A stretch of 64,000 bases of DNA from Candidatus Woesearchaeota archaeon (GCA_043807015.1 JAZDGJ010000028.1:1537-65536), one strand, 5' to 3'. Counted from the first letter of the stretch, positions 26,792-36,552 are shown. The notes: a model not told the origin generated them from the sequence alone. Numbers and translations are program-made.

Positions 26792-27808
26792 TCAGCCGAG
26801 CAGGCGCTGTACAATCAGGCTTGAGGATCTTACCTCGCTGTAGTCGAACAACACTTCGATAAGTACTTCTCTTACAGCATCCACCTGGGCGTTGTTGGCA
26901 ATTTTGCAGCTGACCATAGCATTGCCCTGGTTGTCAAGCCTCACTGCACCCTTGTTCTTTTGATCGCCGCTTGATGACAGGCCATAGCAGGTGATTTTGA
27001 CCCGGTCTTCTGGGGGGGTGGCGGGGTCTTCTGGCACTCCGACAGTTACGTTTACAATGTTCTGGTCACTCACTTTGCTGCCGGCAGTTTGACCGCAGAC
27101 TGCGCCTTCATTGTCTGGTGACCACTTGAATACATTGCCGTTGCCTTTCTTTGATATCCTGAAATTGATGTTAATGGTGTTCCCTCCAGCAAAGCTCTCT
27201 ACAAGCGAATCAACTCCTATCGGCGATGCAGAGCTGAATATCTCCTTTGGACCTGATGCCTCACAAACTCCTGCAACAGTTGAGACGGGGTTCTGCCTGA
27301 GGCAGTATTTCCCGCTTGCCATTGTTTTATACGAATAGCATACATTAGTCTGTATTGGCAGCTCTATATTTCCTGCGCTTAGCGAGCGCTTGAACGCGAG
27401 TTGTTTTCCTTCTGTTTTCGGAATTATCACTTGCGCCGTCATGCCCTGTATTTTATTGCCTGCAGAATCCTTCTTCATCCCAATAATATCATCTTCATTT
27501 GAGTTGCTTAGTTCAGATTGAGCAACGCCAAAGTCCGAAGGGTACAGCCCCGAGATAGTCACATTGGCTTTTTTCTTCGATATGTTTGCCTCTCCGGCGT
27601 TCTCAAGGAGGACAACTATCTGGAATGGGAATTGCCCTCCGTCAGACACCTGTGCCGGAGGGGAATTGTCAAGGAAACTTATAAGCAATCCATTTGTGCC
27701 CCCTATGTAGGGGGTACCCGTTGAAGTTGTTCCGCTATCACCAGTCTGGCATCCTGCCAAAAAAAGAATTGATATTATAACTGCTGTTATTAAGATAAAG
27801 TTTTTCAC
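26792..27808 (-). CDS. secreted lipoprotein LP1 (lipobox LFLAGC), Cys-rich beta-type domain; paralog of LP2
   Basis: MKNFILITAVIISILFLAGCQT signal/lipobox. Six further Cys. GTG start homologous to the LP2 ATG. TATA tttatttaaag about 25 nt upstream. Confidence 0.6.
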   Translation of the reverse strand: MKNFILITAVIISILFLAGCQTGDSGTTSTGTPYIGGTNGLLISFLDNSPPAQVSDGGQFPFQIVVLLENAGEANISKKKANVTISGLYPSDFGVAQSELSNSNEDDIIGMKKDSAGNKIQGMTAQVIIPKTEGKQLAFKRSLSAGNIELPIQTNVCYSYKTMASGKYCLRQNPVSTVAGVCEASGPKEIFSSASPIGVDSLVESFAGGNTININFRISKKGNGNVFKWSPDNEGAVCGQTAGSKVSDQNIVNVTVGVPEDPATPPEDRVKITCYGLSSSGDQKNKGAVRLDNQGNAMVSCKIANNAQVDAVREVLIEVLFDYSEVRSSSLIVQRLLG

Positions 27809-27826
27809 GCACTCTTTTTGGCATCT

Positions 27827-27838
27827 TTTTATTTAAAG
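27827..27838 (-). promoter_or_regulatory. TATA box of LP1 promoter
   Basis: Minus-strand ctttaaataaaa about 25 nt upstream of the start. Confidence 0.45.
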
Positions 27839-27908
27839 CTTTCTGTACATCTATTCTTTAGTTTATTCTAAAAGCATAATTTAAGAAAATAAAAATAACG
27901 ATCAGCCC

Positions 27909-28898
27909 TTAGCCGATCGTTGTTTTCTGCACCAGTAGGCTTGAGGTTCTTACTTCGCTGTAGTCGAAATTCAAGACAATACTTATTTCCCTTACAGCAT
28001 CAACGGGCGGCACTGGGGCGGCAATCTTGCAGCTTACTACAGCATTTCCCTGGTTGTCAAGCCTGACAAATCCAGTGTTTATGGCGGTTGTTCCTAATCC
28101 ATAGCAGGTAACACTACCTGCACCGGCGCCAGGCACATCAACAGTCACTCCTACCACGTTCTGGTTAGTCAAAAGGTTGGTCGCTGTAGTTTGCCCGCAT
28201 ACAGGCGTCGATGGAGAGTTAGGCCTAAACACATTGCCGTTCCCTTTCTTCGATATCCTGAAGTTGAGGTTGACAGCACCGCTGCCTGCATAGCTTTCTA
28301 CAAGCGAATCAACTTGTATTGGTGATGCAGAGCTGAATATTTCTTTAGAGCCGCTTGGTTCGCAAACTCCCTGGGCAGTTGAGGAGGGATTGCTCCTGAG
28401 GCAGTATCTTCCGCTTGCACGCGTTGAATAAGCATAGCATACGTTTGTCTGAATAGGCAGAACCAGGTTGCCTGTGGTGAGTACGCGCTGGAAGTTGAGT
28501 TGGTATGGGGTTGGAGGAATCTGGATCTGTATTGTGCCTCCCTGTATCGTGTTTCCTGCAGGATCTTTCTTCGCACCACTAATTGCCTCTATGCTTGTTG
28601 CCGTCAATTGTGCGCTCGAGACGCCAAAGTCTCCAGGATATAATCCAGAGATAGTTACACTCGCTTGCCCTGCGGGTATGTCATACTCTCCTGCGTTCTC
28701 AAGGAGCACAATTATGTTGAAGGGGAATGTTGCCCCGTCAGACACCTGCGGAGGTGGAGAGTTGTCAAGGAAGCTTATAAGCAATCCATTTGTTCCCCCT
28801 ATGAAGGGGGTGCTTGACGAACTTGTTGTGCTGGTCTGGCATCCTGCTAAAAAAAGGACCAAGATAACTACTGCCGCTATTAAGATAGAGTTTTTCAT
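27909..28898 (-). CDS. secreted lipoprotein LP2, paralog of LP1 (co-linear, about 55-60 percent identical by eye)
   Basis: MKNSILIAAVVILVLFLAGCQT. Shared blocks PFIGGTNGLLISFLDNSPP, ISGLYP.DFGV, NFRISKKGNGNVF, VDAVRE. Own TATA ctatttaaag at about -28. Confidence 0.6.
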   Translation of the reverse strand: MKNSILIAAVVILVLFLAGCQTSTTSSSSTPFIGGTNGLLISFLDNSPPPQVSDGATFPFNIIVLLENAGEYDIPAGQASVTISGLYPGDFGVSSAQLTATSIEAISGAKKDPAGNTIQGGTIQIQIPPTPYQLNFQRVLTTGNLVLPIQTNVCYAYSTRASGRYCLRSNPSSTAQGVCEPSGSKEIFSSASPIQVDSLVESYAGSGAVNLNFRISKKGNGNVFRPNSPSTPVCGQTTATNLLTNQNVVGVTVDVPGAGAGSVTCYGLGTTAINTGFVRLDNQGNAVVSCKIAAPVPPVDAVREISIVLNFDYSEVRTSSLLVQKTTIG

Positions 28899-28920
28899 AT
28901 GCCCTCCTTTTGTATTTTGC

Positions 28921-28930
28921 TATTTAAAGT
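28921..28930 (-). promoter_or_regulatory. TATA box of LP2 promoter
   Basis: Minus-strand ctttaaatag about 28 nt upstream of ATG, followed by ggaggg SD-like. Confidence 0.45.
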
Positions 28931-28941
28931 TTTCTATTTAA

Positions 28942-29940
28942 CTAACTTTGCCCTTCGATTTTAATGATCTTGCTGATAGTCTCCGTGTAACCGTATGAAA
29001 GCGTAAGGTTGATATCTGTTACAAATGAGCCGGTTGTCTCGCCGATTGGGTTGGAGCTTTGGCAGAGGAAATAGTTTTCATCTGAGTTGTCTGTTATTGT
29101 CCTCTTGCCGTCAGTGCCAGGGGCAAAGATATCGCAATCCAAATCATCTTCCCCCAATTTTCCTTTAATATAAACCACATTATACAAGTCTTTTGTCACA
29201 TCGCTTGTGGCGCTGCTGCATGCAGATAATATCTTGCCTGGGTCAACGGTAAGCCCTCTGCCAAGATTCTGGAAAAATATTTTGAATTGAGGGGTTTTCG
29301 TCTTTGTAGCGCCATCACCTTTAACCACAACACTTGTTCCTATTTTTGTGACTGCTATTGGCGCGCCCTGGTCTTTAAGTGTCATTGTTTCCATCTCGCA
29401 AGCCTTAACAGTATTTTTAAGAGTGTATGGCTCAACATCTATGCATGCGCTTGTGCTGAATTTTGTTGTGTAATTATAACATACCGTAGCCATTATGACG
29501 CCATTCAGGCTTGATGGTTGGTCTACTGTTCCTGTCGGGAATAGGGCTGCGGTTTCCTTAACTTCGTACATTAGCATGCCTCCTACATAATTTGCTTCTT
29601 TGCCCTCAAGTGGCTCCTCCCGAGTTCCAATAATAGTGTTGTAATTGAGCGTTTCAAACCTGGGGCTCTCAGCAGTTATTACTAAAAAAGCGCCAACAAC
29701 ATTAACTGCGCCCTTGTTTGTGAGCTTTACAAGTATTGGAAACTCCTGCCCTGCAGTAACCCTCTCCGGCGGTGCATTGAGCGCAAACTCCAACATAACT
29801 CCTTCTGAGCCTGAATAAATAATCTTCCCAGGGTCAAGAACATCTCCCTTATTCTTTCCGCAGCCGGATATTAACAACGTTGCTATAAACAGTAAGCAAA
29901 GCACCTTCAAATTATTGCTACTAGGGCAATTTTCCATCAT
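28942..29940 (-). CDS. secreted lipoprotein LP3 (lipobox LLISGC), divergent family member
   Basis: Signal peptide plus GCGKNK lipobox, same length class and Cys spacing pattern. Only 6 nt downstream of the polytopic gene stop. Confidence 0.55.
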   Translation of the reverse strand: MMENCPSSNNLKVLCLLFIATLLISGCGKNKGDVLDPGKIIYSGSEGVMLEFALNAPPERVTAGQEFPILVKLTNKGAVNVVGAFLVITAESPRFETLNYNTIIGTREEPLEGKEANYVGGMLMYEVKETAALFPTGTVDQPSSLNGVIMATVCYNYTTKFSTSACIDVEPYTLKNTVKACEMETMTLKDQGAPIAVTKIGTSVVVKGDGATKTKTPQFKIFFQNLGRGLTVDPGKILSACSSATSDVTKDLYNVVYIKGKLGEDDLDCDIFAPGTDGKRTITDNSDENYFLCQSSNPIGETTGSFVTDINLTLSYGYTETISKIIKIEGQS

Positions 29941-29946
29941 GACTCA

Positions 29947-32187
29947 TCAGGTTGTCGCGCTATTCTCTGGTCTCACAATTTCTATGCTGGTTGAAGTCTG
30001 AAGCGTGAACTCATATTCTGCGTTAGCGGTTATTGTGACTGGCGTGCAGAGGGCATCTCCCAGAAGCGTTGTTTCCAAAGCACCAACTATATCCTCCAGT
30101 TGGCACCTATAGGAAATTACCTCGCCTTTTTCAGGATTAGATAGAACTTTTGGTCTGCCCGTGTATGTTCCGCCACTCCCGGTAAAATCACAAAGTAGTG
30201 GGTCTGCAGTATTCTTCATTAGAAGTCCAGCGGGCAACGTCACAGTCAAGCCATTGTCCTTTACCTTGCTAATATATCCATTGTGAATTCCTTTCAGCGA
30301 TACAAGCAGCGTAAGAGGTGCTGGTGCCTCTCCAGTCAAACCTAAGCCAACAACTACCGGCATTGTCTTCTGGCTAAGCGTAATGCCGAGAGCTACAGGG
30401 GAGTTTGAAGGCACGTATGTGGCAACTGGCATTGCATATTCCTGAAGCCCGCATTGAGTCAATACACTTTCCCCGCCCTTTTCAGCAGCTATTCGCTTTA
30501 CCTTGTTCACAAATACTGGCGTGTAAGAGGAACTTGTTGCCATATTGTAAGCTGCCCTTGCCCTTACTGAATGGCTTCCGAGAGTCAGGCAGCCACCTAC
30601 ATTGGTATCTGGCAGAGGTTCGCAGACTTCCTTTGAATCAGCAGCCGTTGTGCAACATTCGCTACCCTTTGGGGTTGCACCTTCAGGGCACTTTGCTTCT
30701 TCGCAGGTAGTAGCGGCTATAGGCGGGCTTACTCTAGGGGCAAAAAAAACACACCGGAATTCAGTGCTTTCAGGATAATATAAGAAAAATCCTTTCGTAT
30801 CCCGGCAATCCGTCCACGGATTAATGTCCAATTTATACCTTGTCTTGACGAATTCAAGCTTATCCTGTATTTTTTGTGATTCTGTAATCTGGAAGTCTGC
30901 ATAGACATTTACGGGCGTGCTAGACGTGCTTACTCCAAACGTTTTTTTAGAGTATTCCGAAGGCGCAAGCTCCAGCCCGGTTTGAACCACGGTGGTGTCT
31001 GCCGCCTGTGACGGCGCTATGGTGTTCGCCATGGCTTGGGCTTGTATAGGCACATTTGTCACGATGCTGAACAAGCCCGCAATGCCGGCATACACCTGGT
31101 CCATCACAGGCACGCCGTTGAACAAATTACGACCATTCTCAATTATATCGTTTAACTGCTGTTTGCCTTCTTCGGTTACGAGGGGCGAATTAACTCCTGG
31201 CAAGCTCATTCCTGCGGCTGTTGCTGGACCCCCTGCAATGAACACAAACGCGATCATAAATACAATCACCCTAATAATGGTTGCTCCAACCCTGTTGCTG
31301 GTGTTTTTCAGGGCTCCGATGTAAAATATCCAGGTTATATTGAGGAACTGGTTTGTGAATGGGTAAAGGAAGCTGCCCCAAAGGCTGTCTTTGCTAACGC
31401 CTCCCCATTGGGGCCAATTTTGGCTTAGATGCAGAACATTTGTAAGGTATGCGGTTATGGTGAGGACGATAAATGTCAGTTCAACTCCCAATGCAAACTT
31501 GTTTCTCAAGAACTGCCTTATCTGCGGTATTACCATTGAAAAAACAACGACTACAAGAACTATAGTCCATACGGGCACACCCTCGCCGCTAACAATTCCG
31601 GCAGCAAATACAGGCACGAAGAAAGAAATCATGAAGACATATGTCGCTTGCTTCCCGTATATGCTCCAGCAGTAAAGGAGCATAATGAAGTCTGCCATGA
31701 AAGCCGTCATTGTGTTTGGCGCCCGCAATTTCAGCCAGTAACAAAATACCGCCAACCCGAGTGCCACCAGAAGGCTTATCGTAGAACCCGTGTTTGGGTT
31801 TGCGTTATTGCCGATAACGCCTGCGCCAGACTTTACCTTGCCCCAGGCTTCTGCAAGCTTGCTTTCTCCTTTTGCCTGGTCTTTTTCAGCGTTTGCTTCT
31901 TTTCCAGCTGTCTTGTTTGCTTCATTCCTGTCAGCATCTTCCTGCTTGGCTCTTGCAACTTCTTCCTGCCTTCTTTCTTCCTCTATCGTTGCAAGCCTTT
32001 GCTGTGCTTCAGCATTCTTTTCCTGTGATTCAACCCACCTTTTGAACAGCTCCTTGTCTGTGCTATCGGCAGGGTTTGCAGCTATTCCTGCAAACTGCGG
32101 CGGTCTTTCCTGGACAGCTACAGCTCCCCTTTTAGCCTCTCTTTCTTCGTGGAGTTTTTCTAACCATGCGTCCCAGTCGCGTGTCAT
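29947..32187 (-). CDS. large polytopic membrane protein: charged coiled-coil N-terminal (cytoplasmic) domain, about 7-8 TM helices, about 400-aa Cys-rich extracytoplasmic C-terminal domain
   Basis: N-terminus EERRQEEVARAKQEDADRNEANK. TM block from ISLLVALGLAVFCYW to IRVIVFMIAFVFIAGG. C-terminal region with CEEAKCPEGATPKGSECCTTAADSKEVCEP. Confidence 0.6.
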   Translation of the reverse strand: MTRDWDAWLEKLHEEREAKRGAVAVQERPPQFAGIAANPADSTDKELFKRWVESQEKNAEAQQRLATIEEERRQEEVARAKQEDADRNEANKTAGKEANAEKDQAKGESKLAEAWGKVKSGAGVIGNNANPNTGSTISLLVALGLAVFCYWLKLRAPNTMTAFMADFIMLLYCWSIYGKQATYVFMISFFVPVFAAGIVSGEGVPVWTIVLVVVVFSMVIPQIRQFLRNKFALGVELTFIVLTITAYLTNVLHLSQNWPQWGGVSKDSLWGSFLYPFTNQFLNITWIFYIGALKNTSNRVGATIIRVIVFMIAFVFIAGGPATAAGMSLPGVNSPLVTEEGKQQLNDIIENGRNLFNGVPVMDQVYAGIAGLFSIVTNVPIQAQAMANTIAPSQAADTTVVQTGLELAPSEYSKKTFGVSTSSTPVNVYADFQITESQKIQDKLEFVKTRYKLDINPWTDCRDTKGFFLYYPESTEFRCVFFAPRVSPPIAATTCEEAKCPEGATPKGSECCTTAADSKEVCEPLPDTNVGGCLTLGSHSVRARAAYNMATSSSYTPVFVNKVKRIAAEKGGESVLTQCGLQEYAMPVATYVPSNSPVALGITLSQKTMPVVVGLGLTGEAPAPLTLLVSLKGIHNGYISKVKDNGLTVTLPAGLLMKNTADPLLCDFTGSGGTYTGRPKVLSNPEKGEVISYRCQLEDIVGALETTLLGDALCTPVTITANAEYEFTLQTSTSIEIVRPENSATT

Positions 32188-32350
32188 TTCCTCTTTTTTT
32201 ATTCCTCGCTCTATCCCTGAGATTTCTCATTTATAAACTTGTTTATTTGCTGCAGCTTTGGCAACAGTAAGTGGCAGTCGCGGTAGTAGTCGTTACGGCT
32301 ACTACTAAGATTCGTAGTAGTAGAAGTCGTAGCTTGAATGAAGAACCAGT

Positions 32351-33505
32351 TTATTTAAGCTCAATCCGCAGGTTGATTATCGGCAGGTTTGTCTGCGGCT
32401 CTATCCTTATGAAGTTGGAGTCCTCAACTATAAAGTCGTTTATTGTTTTGTTGTACCTGTCTGACCTTGTGTCAAGGAATGTCCTGATGTTGTTAATGTT
32501 CAGGGCTGCAGCCTTTTTCTCCTTGTCGTCAACAAAGCTCATTGTGAGCACTGCCTTGAGTGTGTTGTTCTTTACAAGTGTGTATCTTGTCTCGTTGACC
32601 TCAAAGAAATATACGGGATAAATGGGTTCGCGAAGCTCTGTCTTTACAACAACCTGGTCTACCAAGTAAGTGCCTTTCTCTGCGAAGAACTTCAGCTCAT
32701 TCCTTCCCTCCCTTAAGTCATCGGGGTCAAGGATTATTTTTTCAGGAGACCCGCAGTCAGGCACCTTTGATGAAATAAGCAGGTCATTAAGGTAAACGCT
32801 GAGCCTTTCAGTCTGCCCTGTTTTGCAGTCAGGCAGGTAAAGCAGGTATGCTTCCTTCAGGTTGCTCTTTTCTTCCCTGCTGATAATGAATGTTGTTGTC
32901 GCTTCCCTGCTTGAGTATGTCTCAACAGTTCCTGTGAGCTTTATATCGCTGAGCTCATAATAGTTTTTCTTCCAGAACATCCAGCCGACAGGCTGGACTT
33001 TGAATTCAATCACATTCTCTTCCTGCAGGTTTTCAAGCCTTATTGGCGTGAATATGCCCTTTGCCTCGCCGCTGAATATTTCATCGCCATTGAGGAGTAT
33101 TGTAAGCATGCCGCTGTGGCGCACTATATTCATGCTCAGCTGCACATTTGTTGTCCTGCCCTTAAGCAGCAGCGGGATTGACCTTGAAAGGGCATCTTTT
33201 TCAGATGAGATGTAGACTGACTGGACCTCTTTCAGGACAGTGTCTTCTGTCCTTGTGAACAGGTTGAATGAGGGCAGCTTGTGCTCAAACTTCAGGTTTT
33301 TTGATTCAAGCAGCGTTCCTGGGTTTTCATCAAGGAGAATTCCCTTGTTTGCAGTCACTGTTTTTGTGGAAACATTCTTGCCGTTGTTGTCACCGATAAG
33401 GTCTTCCCTGACATCAGGCGGCAGGAATAGTATGTAAAGAATCATCACAATTCCTATCATCAGCACTAACAGCCCCGCACTGGACCCTGACTGCGCCTTT
33501 TTCAT
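32351..33505 (-). CDS. bitopic (N-terminal signal-anchor) extracytoplasmic protein, first gene of surface cluster
   Basis: ATG 33505 (MKKAQSGSSAGLLVLMIGIVMILYILFL) with TATA atttatatat at about -30. The upstream ORF-track extension is rejected. Confidence 0.5.
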   Translation of the reverse strand: MKKAQSGSSAGLLVLMIGIVMILYILFLPPDVREDLIGDNNGKNVSTKTVTANKGILLDENPGTLLESKNLKFEHKLPSFNLFTRTEDTVLKEVQSVYISSEKDALSRSIPLLLKGRTTNVQLSMNIVRHSGMLTILLNGDEIFSGEAKGIFTPIRLENLQEENVIEFKVQPVGWMFWKKNYYELSDIKLTGTVETYSSREATTTFIISREEKSNLKEAYLLYLPDCKTGQTERLSVYLNDLLISSKVPDCGSPEKIILDPDDLREGRNELKFFAEKGTYLVDQVVVKTELREPIYPVYFFEVNETRYTLVKNNTLKAVLTMSFVDDKEKKAAALNINNIRTFLDTRSDRYNKTINDFIVEDSNFIRIEPQTNLPIINLRIELK

Positions 33506-33559
33506 GCAGTTACTTTTAACAGTTAGATATATAAATGCTTTTCTCTTTTCACAGTGGTT

Positions 33560-34615
33560 ATGAAAGTATTGAAAAGGGATCTTAAGCACGGAACAGTTTC
33601 AGTTATTTCGCAGACTCCTGATGACCTGTGGTATCTTAGCCAGATAATCAGCCCTGGTGACATAGTTTCTGCGAAGACTGAGCGGAAAATAAGGATTGGA
33701 AGCAGCGAAGACCGCTCAGGCAAAGTTGTGAAGAAGACAGTCAGGCTCTCCATAGCTGTTGAAAGGCTGGATTACTCAGGAAACACGCTTAGAATTTCAG
33801 GAAAGATAACAGAGGCTCCTGAAGACATACCAAGAGGTTCTTATCACACGATAAATGTCGAGTCTGGCTCTTCGCTTACAATAAGCAAGGAGCGTTTCGG
33901 TCCCTATGAGCTTGCCAGGCTTAATGAGGCAGCGGAGCAGTTGGCGCAAAACATCCTCATAGTGGTCTTTGACCGGGAGCAGGCAATCTTTGCCCTGCTT
34001 AAGTCAAAAGGCTATGAGGTGCTTTCTGAAGTGAAAGGCGATGTCCAGAAAAAGCGCTTTGAGTCAAAGGGCACGAATTTTTACAGGGAAATAATCTCCA
34101 TGATGAAGGATTATTATGAAAAATACACGCCGGACAATATTGTGCTTGCAAGCCCTGCTTTCTGGACCGAGGAGCTGATGAAAGAGCTCTCTGACAAAGC
34201 CCTTGCTGCAAAAATTGTTCGAGCGTCATGCGGAGATGTTGGCAAAGGCGCCATTGATGAAGTGCTGAAGCGGCCTGAGCTCGCTTCTGTCCTTAAAGAG
34301 GGAAGGGCTGCGAAGGAAGCCAAGTACGTTGATGAGGTTCTGGCAGAGATAAGGAAAAACGGGGCTGTGGCTTACGGCATAAAAGAGGTGAAGCAGGCAA
34401 TCGATGCCGGGGCGGTTTCAAAGCTTTTTGTCACGACAGGGCTTATCTCAAAGGCAAGGCAGGACAAATTTTTTCAAAAGCTTGAGTCCGTAATGCGCAC
34501 TGCAGATTCAATGAAAGGCGACGTGATAATAATAAATTCTGAAAACGATGCAGGCCAGAAGCTTGACGGAATCGGCGGAATAGCCGCGCTTCTTAGATAC
34601 AGGCTTAATTACTGA
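33560..34615 (+). CDS. pelA: Pelota / Dom34 (mRNA surveillance, ribosome rescue)
   Basis: MKVLKRDLKHGTVSVISQTPDDLWYLSQIISPGD N-domain. eRF1-like central and C-terminal domains. Confidence 0.85.
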   Translation: MKVLKRDLKHGTVSVISQTPDDLWYLSQIISPGDIVSAKTERKIRIGSSEDRSGKVVKKTVRLSIAVERLDYSGNTLRISGKITEAPEDIPRGSYHTINVESGSSLTISKERFGPYELARLNEAAEQLAQNILIVVFDREQAIFALLKSKGYEVLSEVKGDVQKKRFESKGTNFYREIISMMKDYYEKYTPDNIVLASPAFWTEELMKELSDKALAAKIVRASCGDVGKGAIDEVLKRPELASVLKEGRAAKEAKYVDEVLAEIRKNGAVAYGIKEVKQAIDAGAVSKLFVTTGLISKARQDKFFQKLESVMRTADSMKGDVIIINSENDAGQKLDGIGGIAALLRYRLNY

Positions 34616-36552
34616 GACTGGCTTTTAACAGCAGCGGTTATTTTTCCAACAACTTCTGGGTGTGCAAGCGTTGAAGTGTCGCCAACATCAGTCTTTCCCT
34701 CAGCAATTGCCTTGAGCACGCTTCTCACAAGCTTTCCTGATTTTGTTTTCGGAAGCTCTTCCACAAATAATACTCTGTCAGGTCTTGCTATGGGCCCAAT
34801 TTCCTTTGTCACCTGCTCGCCCAGTTCCTTTCTTAAGGCGTCAGACTGCACAGTGCCTTTTTTTAAAACAATGAAGCCGCATATTGCCTGCTCCTTAATT
34901 TCGTGGGGGAATGGAACAACTGCAGCCTCGGCAACAGCCGCATGGGTCTTAAAAGCAGATTCAACCTCGTCTATGCCTATGCGGTGCCCTGAAACTTTCA
35001 TCACATCGTCTTTTCTTCCAGTCATCCAGAAGTAGCCGTCTTTGTCTCGCCTTGCGCCATCGCCAGTTAAGTAAGCATCCTTGAATTTGCTGAAATATGT
35101 TTTGACGTATTTTCTCTGGTTCTTCCACATGGTTCTTGCGATTGAGGGCCAGGGTTTCCTTATTACGAGGTATCCCTCCTCGCCGACTTCAGCAACTCTG
35201 CCTTTTTCAGTGAGCACTTCTGCAACAATTCCGGGGAAGGGAAGCGTGGCAGAGCCAGGCTTCAATGGCGTTGCGCCCGGCAGGGGGCTTATTACTATCC
35301 CGCCGGATTCTGTTTGCCACCATGTATCAACTATGGGGCATTTCTTGTTGCCTATTACATTATAATACCACAGCCAGTCTTTTGTACTAATCTGCTCGCC
35401 AACCGAGCCCAAAAGCCTAAGTGAACTGAGGTCATGCCTGAGCACAGTTTCTTTTCCATCTTTCTCAGCAAGCCTGATTACTGTCGGCGCAGTGTAGAAT
35501 ATGTTTACCCTGTATTTTTCAACGATGTGCCAGAATCTGCTTGGTCCTGGATAGCTTGGAACGCCCTCAAACAGGATGGTTGTGGCGCCGTTTAGCAACG
35601 GACCGTATACGATGTAGCTGTGCCCGGTTATCCAGCCGATGTCTGCGGTGCACCAGTAGGTGTCTTCTTCCTTCAGGTCAAAAATCCATTTTGCAGTTAT
35701 GTAGACGTAAGTCATATAGCCGCCTGTTGTGTGAACCTCACCCTTTATTTCATCGCCTGCACCACTCGTGTATAATATGAACAGCGGGTCTTCTGCATCC
35801 ATTTTTTCTGCAGGGCTGTTGTCATCAGAGACATATGGAGCTGAGATTTCATCATGCCACCAGCTGTCCCTTCCCTCAACCATTGTGACAGGGTTCTTTG
35901 CCCTCTGGTAGACTATGACGCTCTTAACAGATTTGCATTCCTTAAGAGCCTCGTCAGCAGCATCTTTCAGAGGAACAACGCTGCCTTTCCTCATGCTGCC
36001 GTCTGCCGTGATAAGCACTTTCGCGCCTGAGTGCTGGATTCTTTTCTGCAGGGCTTTTGAGGCAAATCCCCCGAAAACTATTACGTGGATTGCGCCGATT
36101 CTTGCGCAGGCAAGCATCGCAATAGGGAGTGCAGGAACCATCGGCAGGTATATGCAGACCCTGTCGCCTTTTTTCACCTCTTTTTTCCTGAGGACATTTG
36201 CAAACCTGCAGACTTCGTGATGAAGCTGCTCATAGGTGTATGTTATCACGTCTTCTTCAGGTTCGCCCTGCCAGATTATTGCCGCTTTGTTTTTCCTTGC
36301 GGTTGAGAGGTGCCTGTCGATGCAGTTGTAGCATATGTTCGTCTTTCCGCCGGCAAACCATTCGCAGAAGGGCTTCTTTGTATACCTGAAAACCCTGTTC
36401 CACTTCTTGAACCATTGCAGCTCTGAGGCAATGCTTGCCCAGAACTTTTCAGGGTTCCTGACAGAATAACTGTAAATCTTCTTGTATTCTGCAAAGCTTC
36501 TTATGTGGGCGTTTTTTGAGAATTCTTTGGGCGGGAGAAAAACGTTTTTCAT
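34609..36552 (-). CDS. acs: acetyl-CoA synthetase (AMP-forming)
   Basis: YTSGAGDEIKGEVHTTGGY (AMP-binding motif), TGDGARRDKDGYFWMTGRKDD, C-terminal PKTKSGK. ATG 36552 with TATA ctatataaaac at about -30. The longer ORF-track start is TTG. Confidence 0.85.
   Translation of the reverse strand: MKNVFLPPKEFSKNAHIRSFAEYKKIYSYSVRNPEKFWASIASELQWFKKWNRVFRYTKKPFCEWFAGGKTNICYNCIDRHLSTARKNKAAIIWQGEPEEDVITYTYEQLHHEVCRFANVLRKKEVKKGDRVCIYLPMVPALPIAMLACARIGAIHVIVFGGFASKALQKRIQHSGAKVLITADGSMRKGSVVPLKDAADEALKECKSVKSVIVYQRAKNPVTMVEGRDSWWHDEISAPYVSDDNSPAEKMDAEDPLFILYTSGAGDEIKGEVHTTGGYMTYVYITAKWIFDLKEEDTYWCTADIGWITGHSYIVYGPLLNGATTILFEGVPSYPGPSRFWHIVEKYRVNIFYTAPTVIRLAEKDGKETVLRHDLSSLRLLGSVGEQISTKDWLWYYNVIGNKKCPIVDTWWQTESGGIVISPLPGATPLKPGSATLPFPGIVAEVLTEKGRVAEVGEEGYLVIRKPWPSIARTMWKNQRKYVKTYFSKFKDAYLTGDGARRDKDGYFWMTGRKDDVMKVSGHRIGIDEVESAFKTHAAVAEAAVVPFPHEIKEQAICGFIVLKKGTVQSDALRKELGEQVTKEIGPIARPDRVLFVEELPKTKSGKLVRSVLKAIAEGKTDVGDTSTLAHPEVVGKITAAVKSQSQ

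Noticed and set aside
32271-32621. Plus-strand ORF MAVAVVVVTATTK...
   Set aside because: Generated by the gtagtag repeat region. Its downstream part is antisense to the bitopic surface-cluster gene.
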